Origin: an uncultured Caulobacteraceae bacterium | Lineage (GTDB): Bacteria; Pseudomonadota; Alphaproteobacteria; Caulobacterales; Caulobacteraceae | Length of the DNA: 64,000 nucleotides | Reading direction: 5' to 3' | NCBI GenBank assembly: GCA_964244065.1 | Contig: CAXTHH010000002.1 | Span: 327,199 to 391,198 of the forward strand | Part shown: positions 20,239-29,564 of the stretch, in pieces | Position numbering within the stretch: the first letter of the stretch is position 1 | How the letters are laid out: every line of letters starts with the position of its first letter | Program-made: the position numbers and the translations under genes | The notes under the pieces: model-generated | Seen by the model: the letters and a program-made list of their open reading frames with translations, nothing else | Database searches by the model: none | Told to the model about the DNA's origin: nothing

Positions 20239-21233
20239 GCGGAGGCGCCCTCGCGACCGAAGGCGGTCAGCAGCACGACCTTGCCCACGTGCGACCCCGC
20301 CTCGAGGTGCGCGTGCGCCGCTGCCGCCGCATCCAGGGGGAACGTCCTGTCCACCGGCGGGCGTACGTGGCTGGCAGCCACCCACGGCCAGACGACGCGC
20401 TCCACCTCCGCCGCCAGCCGCGCCTTCTCGTCGGCGTCGCGGGGGCGCAGCGTGGAGCCGGTGATCACCAGCCGCTTCTGCATCACCTGCTGCAGGTTCA
20501 CCTGCGCCGTCGCCCCCGCCTGGAACGCGATGGAGACGTGGCGGCCGCGCGGGCGCAGCGCCTGCAGGCTCTTCGGCACGTAGTCGCCGCCCACCATGTC
20601 GAGCACCACGTCCGCCCCGCCCTCGCGCTCGGCCACGGAGGCGAAGTCCTCGGCGAGCGCGTCCACGCCCACGTCGGCCCCGAGGTCCCGCGCGGTCCGG
20701 GCCTTGTGCGCGCCCCGGGCGGTGGCGATCACCCGCGCCCCATGGGCCTTGGCCATCTGGATCGCCGTGACGCCGATGCCGCTGGTGGCGCCGTGCAGCA
20801 GCAGGGTCTCGCCGGGCCGCAGCGCGCCGCCCTCCCACACGTTGGTGAAGACGGTGAACACGGTCTCGGGCAGTCCGGCCGCCTCCGCCCACGACAGGCC
20901 GGCGGGGGCGGGCAGGGCGTGCCGCCCGTCCACCCGCGCGAACTCGGCGTAGCCGCCGCCGCCGAGCAGCGCGACGACGCGGTCGCCCACCTTCCACCGC
21001 GGCGCGTCCTCGCCTAGCGCGACGACCTCGCCCGCCACCTCCAGCCCCAGCGTGTCGGGCGCGCCGGGCGGGGGCGGGTAGGCGCCCAGCCGCTGGAGCA
21101 GGTCGGGCCGGTTCACCCCGGCTGCGGCCACGCGGATCAGGATCTCGCCCGGGCCGGGGCGCGGCGTCGTCAGGCGCACGGGGTGCAGGGCGGAGGCCGG
21201 GCCGCGCCCACCCTCCACGGCGATGGCGGTCAT
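20235..21233 (-). CDS. NAD(P)H:quinone oxidoreductase (zeta-crystallin/PIG3 MDR family)
   Basis: Inner ATG of ORF 20235..21644(-). It contains GVNRPDLLQRLGAYPPPPG and LLHGATSGIGVTAIQMAK motifs. Its stop overlaps the murI start by 4 nt. Confidence 0.88.
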   Translation of the reverse strand: MTAIAVEGGRGPASALHPVRLTTPRPGPGEILIRVAAAGVNRPDLLQRLGAYPPPPGAPDTLGLEVAGEVVALGEDAPRWKVGDRVVALLGGGGYAEFARVDGRHALPAPAGLSWAEAAGLPETVFTVFTNVWEGGALRPGETLLLHGATSGIGVTAIQMAKAHGARVIATARGAHKARTARDLGADVGVDALAEDFASVAEREGGADVVLDMVGGDYVPKSLQALRPRGRHVSIAFQAGATAQVNLQQVMQKRLVITGSTLRPRDADEKARLAAEVERVVWPWVAASHVRPPVDRTFPLDAAAAAHAHLEAGSHVGKVVLLTAFGREGASA

Positions 21234-21326
21234 CTGGTCGGGGATGGACACGGCGGGCGGAACCTCGCGGGCGGGGTCCGGGTCTGATACGCTGGACGGC
21301 CCACCTGCGGAAAGAGGAGCGCCTTC

Positions 21327-21524
21327 ATGGACGAGCCCGCCGAACCCCGCCGCGCCCGAGGCCAAGCCCTCGCCGAAGCGCTCAAGGAGGACCTGGACCT
21401 GTTCGCCCGCGAGGACCTGGAGGAGCGCATCGCCCTCCTGGAGGCCGAGATCGCCCGCGTGCGCGGCGCGCTCTCCGGCAAGCTCAGCGGGCGGGCCGCG
21501 GCCGAGGCGCTGTTCGCGCACTGA
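21327..21524 (+). CDS. DUF1192-type small coiled-coil protein
   Basis: ORF 21327..21524. It contains EDLEERIALLEAEIARVRGAL, the hallmark of this roughly 60-aa alphaproteobacterial family. Confidence 0.7.
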   Translation: MDEPAEPRRARGQALAEALKEDLDLFAREDLEERIALLEAEIARVRGALSGKLSGRAAAEALFAH

Positions 21525-21552
21525 TGGCACGTCCGTTGCAGCCTCGCCGGGC

Positions 21553-22065
21553 ATGTCGAACGCGCCCATGACCCTGTCCCCCGCCGACAGCGTGCGCGAG
21601 TTCGCCGGCTCCGAACTGTTCGAGCGCACCTTCGCCGAGGGCATGGAACTGGTGGAGGCCGCCGCCGCCTACCTGGACGGCGAGGGCCGGCGCGACTCCA
21701 GGCTGCTGTCGCGCAATGCGGCCCTCGCCTACGCGGGCGAGAGCATGCGGCTGACCACCCGGCTGATGCAGGTGGCGTCCTGGCTGCTGGTCCAGCGCGC
21801 GGTGCGCGAGGGGAACATGACGGCGCAGGCCGCGCGCGAGCCCCGCTACCGCATCGGCGAGCCCCAGGCGGCGGGCGGGTCCGCGGCCGCGCCGGAGGGC
21901 GAGCCCCTGCCCGCGCCGCTGCTGGACCTTGCGGAGCGCTCGGAGCGGCTGTTCGCCCGCGTGGCCAACCTGGACCGCCGCATGTACGGCGACAGCGCCC
22001 TCGACGCGGCCGATCCGAACGCGGTGCTGTCGCAGTTCGAGCGGCTGCGGGCGGCGTTCGGCTAG
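21553..22065 (+). CDS. DUF1465 / RcdA-like protein (regulator of CtrA degradation family)
   Basis: Inner ATG of ORF 21223..22065. It reads FAGSELFERTFAEGMELVEAAAAYLDG...SMRLTTRLMQVASWLLVQRAV, consistent with the family. The assignment is from memory of the family signature. Confidence 0.7.
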   Translation: MSNAPMTLSPADSVREFAGSELFERTFAEGMELVEAAAAYLDGEGRRDSRLLSRNAALAYAGESMRLTTRLMQVASWLLVQRAVREGNMTAQAAREPRYRIGEPQAAGGSAAAPEGEPLPAPLLDLAERSERLFARVANLDRRMYGDSALDAADPNAVLSQFERLRAAFG

Positions 22066-22116
22066 GGCGGGTCCTCACTCGTCCTCATTCCATCGACCTC
22101 CCACCTTTCTCTCCCT

Positions 22117-22209
22117 CTTCCCCGCGGAAGCGGGGACCCAGGTCCAGCGGCGCGCGCAGGGTTGGCCGGAGCAGAGCCGCTCACACGGGTCCCCGCTTCC
22201 GCGGGGAAG
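22117..22209. repeat. compound palindromic element: CTTCCCCGCGGAAGCGGGGACCC ... GGGTCCCCGCTTCCGCGGGGAAG
   Basis: It has the same architecture and CCCCGC/GCGGGG core as the element at 17340-17434. It lies between the convergent genes ending at 22065 and 22249. Confidence 0.75.
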
Positions 22210-22248
22210 AACGGGGTAGGGACTCGCCGCCCGCCGGCGCGAGGGCGA

Positions 22249-22956
22249 TCAGACCGCCGCCGCCATCTCGTCCACGATCGCCGCCGCCGCCCTCCGCGGG
22301 TCCGCCGCCGCGGTGATGGGGCGGCCGACCACCAGGTGGGAGGCGCCCGCGCGGAGCGCATCGGCGGGGGTCTCCGCCCGGGCCTGGTCGTCCAGCGCGG
22401 CGCCCGCCGGGCGCACGCCGGGGGTCACCACCAGGAAGCTGGGGCCGCCGATGCGGCGGGCGAGGGCCGCCTCCCGCGGGCTCGCCACCACGCCGTCGAG
22501 GCCGCAGTCCACCGCCTGGCGGATGCGCCGCTCCACCAGCGCCTCCACACCCAGGCCGTAGCCCATCTCGCCCAGGTCCTGGCCGGTGAGGCTGGTCAGC
22601 ACCGTCACGCCGAGGATCCTCGCGCCGCGTCCCGCGGCGTCCCGCCCGCGCACCGCCGCGCGCATCACCTGGGGCTCGGCGTGCACGGTGAGGAGGTCGC
22701 ACGCGCCCGAGCCGCACACGGCGGCGGCCGCCCTCTCCACCGTCGCGCCGATGTCGTGGAGCTTCCAGTCCAGGAACACCTGGCGGCCGCGGGCGTGCAG
22801 GTCGGCGGCCATGGCCATGCCGCCGGTGGCCAGGAGCTGCAGGCCGATCTTGTAGACGGCCACCGCCTCGCCCAGGCGCTCCACCATGGTCTCCGCCTCC
22901 GCCCGGGTGGGCAGGTCGAGGGCGCAGATCAGGCGCGGGTCGGCGACGGCGGGCAT
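22249..22956 (-). CDS. pyrF: orotidine 5'-phosphate decarboxylase
   Basis: ORF 22249..22956(-). It contains LICALDLPT, YKIGLQL, FLDWKLHDIGATV and LVVGRPI motifs. Confidence 0.92.
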   Translation of the reverse strand: MPAVADPRLICALDLPTRAEAETMVERLGEAVAVYKIGLQLLATGGMAMAADLHARGRQVFLDWKLHDIGATVERAAAAVCGSGACDLLTVHAEPQVMRAAVRGRDAAGRGARILGVTVLTSLTGQDLGEMGYGLGVEALVERRIRQAVDCGLDGVVASPREAALARRIGGPSFLVVTPGVRPAGAALDDQARAETPADALRAGASHLVVGRPITAAADPRRAAAAIVDEMAAAV

Positions 22957-23038
22957 GGCGGCGCTCTCACACGGCGGCGGGTTGCCCCGAGCGGACGCGG
23001 CATCCTAAGCGGAGTCGAACGTTGGGAAAGGGCGCGCG

Positions 23039-23758
23039 GTGGAGGAACTCAAGTTCGCGGCGAACTTCTTCGTCGCCCTGTTCGCGCTCATCGACCCGAT
23101 CGGCTCGGCGCCGCTGTTCGCCGCGGCCACCCGGCACGTGCGGGGCGCCGCGCGCATGCGGGTCGCGCTCTACGTGGCGCTGTTCGCCGTCATCTTCCTG
23201 AGCTTCTTCTTCCTGACGGGCCTTGGCCTGCTGCGCTTCTTCGGCATCTCGCTGCCGGCGTTCCGCATCGCGGGCGGCATCATGCTGCTGCTGCTGGGCC
23301 TGGACATGGCGCGCGAGGACTTCAGCCCCGCGGTGGCCGACGCGGTGGTGGAGGGCGAGATCGCCGACCCCCGCGCCTACGCCCGGCGCGAGTTCGAGAA
23401 GCTGATCGTGCCCTTCGGCATGCCGCTGCTGATCGGGCCGGGGGCGATCTCGGCGGTGGTGATCTTCGCCAGCCGCGGCTCCACCCTGGGCTGGCCGGGC
23501 ATGGCGGCCGGGGTGGGCGCCATCGTGGCCGTCTGCCTGCTGGTGCTGGTCGCCTTCCTGCTGTCGGGGCTGGTCAGCCGCATCCTGGGCAAGGTGGGCA
23601 TGATGATCGTGGTGCGTGTGCTGGGGCTGATCCTCACCGCCCTGGCCGTCCAGTTCATCATCCTGGGCGTGTCGGAGGCCACGGCCGGCTTCGTGAAGCG
23701 CTCGGTGGCCAACCCGTATCCCGAGAAGCCGGCGACCGCCGGCCCTCGCCGCCCCTGA
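23039..23758 (+). CDS. MarC-family (UPF0056) integral membrane protein
   Basis: ORF 23039..23758 with a GTG start. It begins FFVALFALIDPIGSAPLF and has multiple predicted membrane-spanning helices. Confidence 0.8.
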   Translation: MEELKFAANFFVALFALIDPIGSAPLFAAATRHVRGAARMRVALYVALFAVIFLSFFFLTGLGLLRFFGISLPAFRIAGGIMLLLLGLDMAREDFSPAVADAVVEGEIADPRAYARREFEKLIVPFGMPLLIGPGAISAVVIFASRGSTLGWPGMAAGVGAIVAVCLLVLVAFLLSGLVSRILGKVGMMIVVRVLGLILTALAVQFIILGVSEATAGFVKRSVANPYPEKPATAGPRRP

Positions 23759-23828
23759 GCCATTGACCCCCGCCCGCCTCGCCCCTAGAGACACGCCCTC
23801 GCGCGATCCGAGCGTTTCGGCGGGTCGG

Positions 23829-23915
<87 letters not shown>

Positions 23916-23989
23916 CCGCTCTTCGCATGAGGGGCGCTGGCGCGAAGCCGCGAGGCACGCGGCGCTCCGTTTCCGGCAGGCCGCGCCCG

Positions 23990-24610
23990 ATGACCATCCA
24001 CCTCCACGAGGGCGATCTTCCGGCGGGGCTGGACCTCGGCGCCGTGGTGGCGATCGACTCGGAGACCATGGGCCTGCGCCTCGGCCGCGACCGGCTGTGC
24101 GTGGTGCAGCTGTCGGACGGCGGCGAGGACGCGCACCTGGTCCGCTTCGCCGCGGACTCCGACTACGCGGCGCCGAACCTGAAGCGCCTGCTCACCGACC
24201 CCGCCGTGCTGAAGCTGTTCCACTTCGGCCGATTCGACATCGCCATGTTCGCCCTGAACCTCGGCGTGACCACCGCGCCGGTGTACTGCACCAAGATCGC
24301 CAGCAGGCTCGCGCGCACCTACACCGACCGGCACGGCCTGAAGGACGTGACCAAGGAGCTCCTGGGCGTCGAGCTCAACAAGCAGCAGCAATCCAGCGAC
24401 TGGGGCGCCCACGTGCTCACCCCCGAGCAGGAGAGCTACGCCGCCAGCGACGTGGCCAACCTGCACCGCATCCGCGAGCGGCTGGACGCCATGATCGCCC
24501 GCGAGGGGCGCACCGCGATGCTGGCCGCCTGCCTCGACTTCCTGCCCGCGCGCGCCCTCCTGGACGTGGCGGGCTGGGAGGACGTCGACATCTTCTCGCA
24601 CGGGGGCTGA
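23990..24610 (+). CDS. rnd: short ribonuclease D / DEDD 3'-5' exonuclease
   Basis: Inner ATG of ORF 23927..24610. It contains VAIDSETMGL, KLFHFGRFD and YAASDVANLHRI DEDDy motifs. Its position upstream of lptC is typical for alphaproteobacteria. Confidence 0.85.
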   Translation: MTIHLHEGDLPAGLDLGAVVAIDSETMGLRLGRDRLCVVQLSDGGEDAHLVRFAADSDYAAPNLKRLLTDPAVLKLFHFGRFDIAMFALNLGVTTAPVYCTKIASRLARTYTDRHGLKDVTKELLGVELNKQQQSSDWGAHVLTPEQESYAASDVANLHRIRERLDAMIAREGRTAMLAACLDFLPARALLDVAGWEDVDIFSHGG

Positions 24611-24617
24611 CCCTGTC

Positions 24618-25262
24618 ATGAGCGAGGACGCCCGCGAGGAGATCGCGCCCGCGACCCGCATCTCCCGCTGGCGCGACCGCTCGCGCGGCGTGCGCCGCCT
24701 GCGCTGGGTGCTGCCGGCCGTCATGGGCGCGCTGGTGCTGGCGGTGGCCGGCTGGATCGGCGTGCGCGCGGTGCTCAGCGACCTGCGCAGCGACCGGGCG
24801 GCCGCGGGCGGCCTGCACATGACCAACCCCCGCTTCTTCGGCCGCGACGAGGCGGGGCGCGCCTTCACGCTCCAGGCCGGCGAGGCGGTGCGCGACGCCC
24901 GCGACCCCGACAGAGTGACGCTGACCCGGCCCAACCTCGTGCTCGACTACGGCGGCGTGCGGCCCAGCACCGTGCGCGGCGCCCGGGGCGTGTACCTGCA
25001 GAGCGCGCGCCGGCTGAGCGTGACGGGCGGCGTGCGGGTGGACGACGGCCGCGGTGCGCGCCTGGACAGCCCGGACGCGGTGGTGGACACGCGCACCGGC
25101 GACGTCCAGGGCAGCGGCGGCGTGACCGGGGAAAGCCCCCTTGGCCGGTTCCAGGCTTCGTCCTATCTCGTCACCGGCAAAGGTGCGCGCGTGGCCTTCA
25201 ACGGCGACGTCCGCGCCACGTTTACGAATGCGACGAACCGCCCGGAGACTCCCGCTCGATGA
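24618..25262 (+). CDS. lptC: LPS export system protein LptC
   Basis: ORF 24618..25262. It has a single N-terminal membrane anchor (LRWVLPAVMGALVLAVAGWIGV). Its position immediately upstream of lptA-lptB supports the call. Confidence 0.75.
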   Translation: MSEDAREEIAPATRISRWRDRSRGVRRLRWVLPAVMGALVLAVAGWIGVRAVLSDLRSDRAAAGGLHMTNPRFFGRDEAGRAFTLQAGEAVRDARDPDRVTLTRPNLVLDYGGVRPSTVRGARGVYLQSARRLSVTGGVRVDDGRGARLDSPDAVVDTRTGDVQGSGGVTGESPLGRFQASSYLVTGKGARVAFNGDVRATFTNATNRPETPAR

Positions 25263-25876
25263 TCAAAGGCCTCCGCCCCGCGAGCACGGTCCGCGGCCGC
25301 GCCGTTCCCGTGGCGGGCTTTGTGATCCTTGCCGGGCTGACCCCGGCCACACTGGCGCTCGGACAGGCCGCAAGGCCTGCAGCTCCCGCAGCTACGCCAC
25401 GCTTCGGCCAGCCTGGTTCGCCGATCGACGTCGGCTCCGACAACAGTGAGGTGATGCAGGCGGAGAACAAGGTGGTGCTCACGGGCCGCGTGGAGATCGT
25501 TCAGGGGCAGACCCGCCTACGCGCGCCTCGCGTGGTGCTGTTCTACAACCCCTCAAGCGCGGTCAAAGGCCAGCCGGCGACGCCGGCCGCCACTCCAGGA
25601 ACGATCCGCCGCATGGAGGCCGATGGGCCAGTTTACTTCGTCACGGCGACACAGACGGCTAAGGGCGACAGGGGGCTTTATGAAGCCGAGACAGAGACCG
25701 TCACCCTAACCGGCAACGTGGTGGTGACGCAGGACAGGAACGTCTCCACCGGCGATAAGCTCGTCATACAGCAGCGCACTGGGCAGATAACTATGACCGG
25801 CGGTCCCAGCACCTCCGGCCGTGTGCGGGGCGTTTTCTATAGTGGCGAAAAGCCCGCCCCGGCGACGCAGCCCTGA
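25259..25876 (+). CDS. lptA: LPS transport periplasmic protein LptA (OstA-like)
   Basis: ORF 25259..25876, overlapping the lptC stop by 4 nt. It has a signal peptide and OstA-like repeats (VVLTGRVEIVQGQTRL; VTLTGNVVVTQDRNV). Confidence 0.82.
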   Translation: MIKGLRPASTVRGRAVPVAGFVILAGLTPATLALGQAARPAAPAATPRFGQPGSPIDVGSDNSEVMQAENKVVLTGRVEIVQGQTRLRAPRVVLFYNPSSAVKGQPATPAATPGTIRRMEADGPVYFVTATQTAKGDRGLYEAETETVTLTGNVVVTQDRNVSTGDKLVIQQRTGQITMTGGPSTSGRVRGVFYSGEKPAPATQP

Positions 25877-25892
25877 CCGCCGGCCGCGCCGC

Positions 25893-26654
25893 GTGCCCGA
25901 CGACCGCCCCGGCCTGACGCCCCATGTCGTCGCCCCGCTCGACGGGGCGGGGCTGGAGGCCCGCGGCATCGGCAAGGCCTTCAAGGGCCGCCCGGTGGTC
26001 AAGAGCGTGAGCCTGCGGCTGGAGCGCGGCGAGGTCGTCGGCCTCCTGGGCCCCAACGGCGCGGGCAAGACCACCTGCTTCTACATGATCACCGGCCTCC
26101 TGCCGGCCGACTACGGCTCCATCCGGCTGGACGGCGAGGACGTGACCGCCCTGCCCATGTATCAGCGCGCGCGCCTGGGCCTGGGCTACCTGCCGCAGGA
26201 GACCTCCATCTTCCGCGGGCTGTCGGTGGAGGAGAACGTGCTCGCCGTGGCCGAGCTGCGCGACGCCGCCGGCGCCGCTGAAACCACCGCGCGCCTGCTT
26301 GACGAGCTGAAGATCGGCCACCTGCGCACCCAGCCCGCCGCGGCCCTCTCCGGCGGCGAGCGGCGGCGCGTGGAGATCGCCCGCGCCCTGGCCAGCGACC
26401 CGGCCTTCATGCTGCTGGACGAGCCCTTCGCCGGCATCGACCCCCTGGCCATCCACGACATCCGCGAGGTGATCGTGTTCCTGGCCGCCCGCGGCATCGG
26501 CGTGCTCGTCACCGACCACAACGTGCGCGAGACGCTGGAGCTTGTGGAACGCGCCTCGATCATCGCCGGCGGCGAGGTGCTGTTCGAGGGCACGCCCGAC
26601 GAGGTGCGCGGCGATGCGGAGGTGCGGCGGGTGTACCTGGGCGACCGGTTCTAG
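25893..26654 (+). CDS. lptB: LPS export ABC transporter ATP-binding protein LptB
   Basis: In the frame of ORF 25821..26654. It has Walker A GPNGAGKTT, the signature LSGGERRRVEIARAL and Walker B FMLLDEPF. The start (GTG 25893) is inferred and uncertain. Confidence 0.9.
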   Translation: MPDDRPGLTPHVVAPLDGAGLEARGIGKAFKGRPVVKSVSLRLERGEVVGLLGPNGAGKTTCFYMITGLLPADYGSIRLDGEDVTALPMYQRARLGLGYLPQETSIFRGLSVEENVLAVAELRDAAGAAETTARLLDELKIGHLRTQPAAALSGGERRRVEIARALASDPAFMLLDEPFAGIDPLAIHDIREVIVFLAARGIGVLVTDHNVRETLELVERASIIAGGEVLFEGTPDEVRGDAEVRRVYLGDRF

Positions 26655-26729
26655 GCGGGACGCGAACGCGGCCGCGGGGGCGGGCGGAGTGCGGGCGTTC
26701 CGACCTCCCGCTGAGGGTGATGCCGACGG

Positions 26730-27146
26730 CTAGGGGGTCCCGACCTGTCCTGCTCCGGTGAGACCAGGCGTCTGAGCGTTGATGAGTTGCGACACCGCCG
26801 TCACGATCTGGGCGGGGGCGAACGGCTTCTGGATCAGGATGCTGTTGGGCACGCCGTTGGCGGCCCAGTCGTGCCCGCTGTCTCCGGTCATATAGACGAT
26901 GGGAACGTCCGCATCGATCTTCCGCGCATGCCGGGCCACATCCCAGCCGAGAACCGTCGAGCTTCCGATCTTGATGTCAGTCACCACCGCGCGATAGTCG
27001 GCGCCTTTCTGATCGAGGAGGCTGATGGCCTCTTCGGCGATGTTGGCCTTTTCGACCGCAAAGCCTCCTTCAATCAAGGCCTCTTCGATCAGATCCAGAA
27101 TGAGAGGTTCGTCTTCAACTACGAAGACCAGGATGGACGGCTGCAT
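26730..27146 (-). CDS. stand-alone CheY-like response-regulator receiver domain
   Basis: Inner ATG of ORF 26730..27383(-), starting MQPSILVFVVEDEPLILDLIEEAL. The phospho-acceptor context VVTDIKI and the conserved Lys in IQKPF are present, and there is no output domain. GC is lower than in the flanking genes. Confidence 0.85.
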   Translation of the reverse strand: MQPSILVFVVEDEPLILDLIEEALIEGGFAVEKANIAEEAISLLDQKGADYRAVVTDIKIGSSTVLGWDVARHARKIDADVPIVYMTGDSGHDWAANGVPNSILIQKPFAPAQIVTAVSQLINAQTPGLTGAGQVGTP

Positions 27147-27402
27147 CGTGTCTCCAGAATGTTTGGCAGGAGCACGCAGTCCGACGGGACCAACTCTCTC
27201 TAGGGCAGGCGGCCCGAAGTTTGCCCACCACGGAGACCTAAGGGTTCCAAGAGTGGTTAGTTGCGCGAGCCCAAGCCGATTCTTCAAACATATATTGCGT
27301 GCGGCTCGCCACTCAGCTGTCATATGCAATCGTGTGTTCGTAGCGGTCGGAAGCAGAACTGGGCTCCTCCTGCAGGCGGGCATGCCCCGGGTCCGACCGG
27401 CC

Positions 27403-27822
27403 TCAGCCTGCGGCCAGCCGCTCGAACACGGCCAGGAGCTCGGCGTCCGTGGCCCGCGTCAGCGCCCCGGCCGCGACCTCCTCCTGCGTCCAGAACCAGG
27501 TCTGCGCGGGATCGTCGCGCATCGACCAGCGCGGGAACAGGCGCTCGGAGATGGTGCGGCGGACGAGCAGGCGGACGTCGTCGTGCCGGTCGTCCTGTCC
27601 GATCCGTGCGAAGGCGGCGTCGATCGCGGGCGGCGGACCCTCGAGAAGCTGCAGATAGACGTCGGCGCGGCAGACCAGCGCACCGGTGATGTCTTCGCGG
27701 CTGTTCCACCGGCGTGCGTCGCTGAGGATGCCGTTCAGCATCGCCTCGTCGAAGCCGAAGGGCTGCGAGGCGTAGATGAGTTGCGTCAGCTCCAAGGGAG
27801 GCCTCCTGTCGATCGCAGCCAT
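27403..27822 (-). CDS. short BLUF-domain blue-light FAD photoreceptor
   Basis: ORF 27403..27822(-). It reads LIYASQP...ILSDARRWNSREDITGALVCRADVYLQLLEG...FARIGQDDRHDDV...RWSM. This matches the BLUF signature with its Tyr, Gln and Trp/Met positions. Confidence 0.88.
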   Translation of the reverse strand: MAAIDRRPPLELTQLIYASQPFGFDEAMLNGILSDARRWNSREDITGALVCRADVYLQLLEGPPPAIDAAFARIGQDDRHDDVRLLVRRTISERLFPRWSMRDDPAQTWFWTQEEVAAGALTRATDAELLAVFERLAAG

Positions 27823-27935
27823 GCCCGCCGTGCCGCGGCGAGTCGAGCCCGCGCGGCCGGGCGGCCGCCGTTAACCTCGCCTTCGCCCGGGGCCCCTAAG
27901 CCGGGAGCAAGTTCCAGGCCAGAGGCTCCCTCTCC

Positions 27936-29444
27936 ATGGCGATCGGTGCGCGGCTCGAGCTCCGGCAGGGGCAGGGGCTCGTCATCACCCCGCAGCTGCA
28001 GCAGGCCATCAAGCTGCTGCAGCTCTCCAACCTCGAACTCGAGAGCTATATCGAGGGCGAGCTGGAGAAGAACCCGCTGCTGGCCCGCGAGGAGCCGGTC
28101 GGGGACGACGCGCCCATGCCCGCGGACACGTCCAACGAGGCCGCCGAGATGCGCTTCGACGACGCGCCGGACGGCGCCGCGGCGCGCGAGATGGACGCCT
28201 CCTCCGCCGACCTGCACGCCGACGCGGCCCCGGGCGACCGTCATTCCGGCGAGGTCCCGGCCGGCGACGGCGGCGGCGCGGTGGACTGGTCGCGCGCGGG
28301 CAAGGGACCGGGCTTCGACGGCGAGGGCGAGCTCGACGCCGGCCTCGCCGCCGACGAGACGCTGCACGACCACCTGCGCGCCCAGGCCGCCGCCGCCGGC
28401 TTCTCCGCGCCCGAGGCCGCGGTCGCCCAGGTGCTGATCGACGCGGTGGACGAGGGCGGCTACCTGCGCGCCGAGGTCGCCGAGCTGGCGGACCGGCTCG
28501 GCTGCGACCCCGCGCTGATCTCGCGCGTGCTCGCCGCCTGCCAGGGCTTCGAGCCCACCGGCGTGTTCGCCCGCTCCGTGCGCGAATGCCTAGAGCTGCA
28601 GCTGCGCGACCGCGACCGGTTCGACCCGGCCATGGCCGCGCTTCTGCACCACTTGGAGCTCCTCGCCCGCCGCGACCTGCCCGCCCTGCGCCGCGCCTGC
28701 GGCGTGGATGAGGAGGACCTGCGCGAGATGATCGCCGAGGTGCGCGCCCTCACGCCTCGCCCCGGCGCCGCCTTCGGCTCCGACCCGATCCAGGGCGTCG
28801 TTCCCGACGTGATCGTGCGCGAGGACCCCCTGGGCGGCTGGCGCGTGGAGCTGAACGCCGACACCCTGCCGCGCCTCCTGGTCGACAAACGCTACCACGC
28901 CCGCATCGTCGGCTCCGCCAAGACCGACCAGGAGAAGACCTTCGTCGCCGACTGCCACGCCCAGGCCAGTTGGCTGGTGAAGAGCCTGGACCAGCGGGCC
29001 CGCACCATCCTGAAGGTCGCCGGCGAGATCGTGCGCCAGCAGGACGGCTTCCTGGTGTTCGGCGTGGAGCACCTGCGCCCGCTGAACCTGAAGCACGTGG
29101 CCGACGCCATCGGCATGCACGAGTCCACCGTCAGCCGGGTCACCTCGAACAAGTACGTGGCCACCCCGCGCGGCGTGTTCGAGCTGAAGTTCTTCTTCAC
29201 CACGGCCATCGCCTCGGCCGACGGCGGCGAGGCGCACTCGGCCGAGGCCGTGCGCCATCGCATCAAGGCCCTGATCGAGACGGAGGAGCGGCCGGGCGCC
29301 GAGGGGGTGCTCAGCGACGACCGGATCGTGGAGATCCTGAAGGAGACCGGCGTCGACATCGCCCGCCGCACCGTGGCCAAGTACCGCGAGGCCCTGCGCA
29401 TCCCGAGCTCGGTGGAGCGCAAGCGGCTGGCCCGGGTCGGCTGA
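27936..29444 (+). CDS. rpoN: RNA polymerase sigma-54 factor
   Basis: ORF 27936..29444. It starts LELRQGQGLVITPQLQQAIKLLQLSNLEL, carries the C-terminal RpoN box ARRTVAKYRE and has an HTH region. Confidence 0.95.
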   Translation: MAIGARLELRQGQGLVITPQLQQAIKLLQLSNLELESYIEGELEKNPLLAREEPVGDDAPMPADTSNEAAEMRFDDAPDGAAAREMDASSADLHADAAPGDRHSGEVPAGDGGGAVDWSRAGKGPGFDGEGELDAGLAADETLHDHLRAQAAAAGFSAPEAAVAQVLIDAVDEGGYLRAEVAELADRLGCDPALISRVLAACQGFEPTGVFARSVRECLELQLRDRDRFDPAMAALLHHLELLARRDLPALRRACGVDEEDLREMIAEVRALTPRPGAAFGSDPIQGVVPDVIVREDPLGGWRVELNADTLPRLLVDKRYHARIVGSAKTDQEKTFVADCHAQASWLVKSLDQRARTILKVAGEIVRQQDGFLVFGVEHLRPLNLKHVADAIGMHESTVSRVTSNKYVATPRGVFELKFFFTTAIASADGGEAHSAEAVRHRIKALIETEERPGAEGVLSDDRIVEILKETGVDIARRTVAKYREALRIPSSVERKRLARVG

Positions 29445-29515
29445 GCCCTTCCGCCCGCCTCCTTGGCGGGTTATATGCCCATTCACATCGTCCGAATGCG
29501 TCCCTGACGCTTCGA

Positions 29516-29542
29516 GCGGCGGCCCCCCGGCCGCCGCTTTTT
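29516..29542 (+). terminator. intrinsic terminator downstream of rpoN
   Basis: GCGGCGGCC-CCCC-GGCCGCCGC forms a 9-bp GC stem followed by TTTTT. It lies about 70 nt after the rpoN stop. Confidence 0.7.
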
Positions 29543-29564
29543 CTTCACCCGGAGCACCCCGCCC

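Noticed and set aside
27164-27178. A TGGCAG-N-CGCA sequence resembling a sigma-54 -24/-12 promoter in the receiver/BLUF spacer.
   Set aside because: The GG-to-GC spacing is 9 nt rather than the required 10. The -12 element is not TTGC. It is on the plus strand with no downstream plus-strand gene before rpoN.
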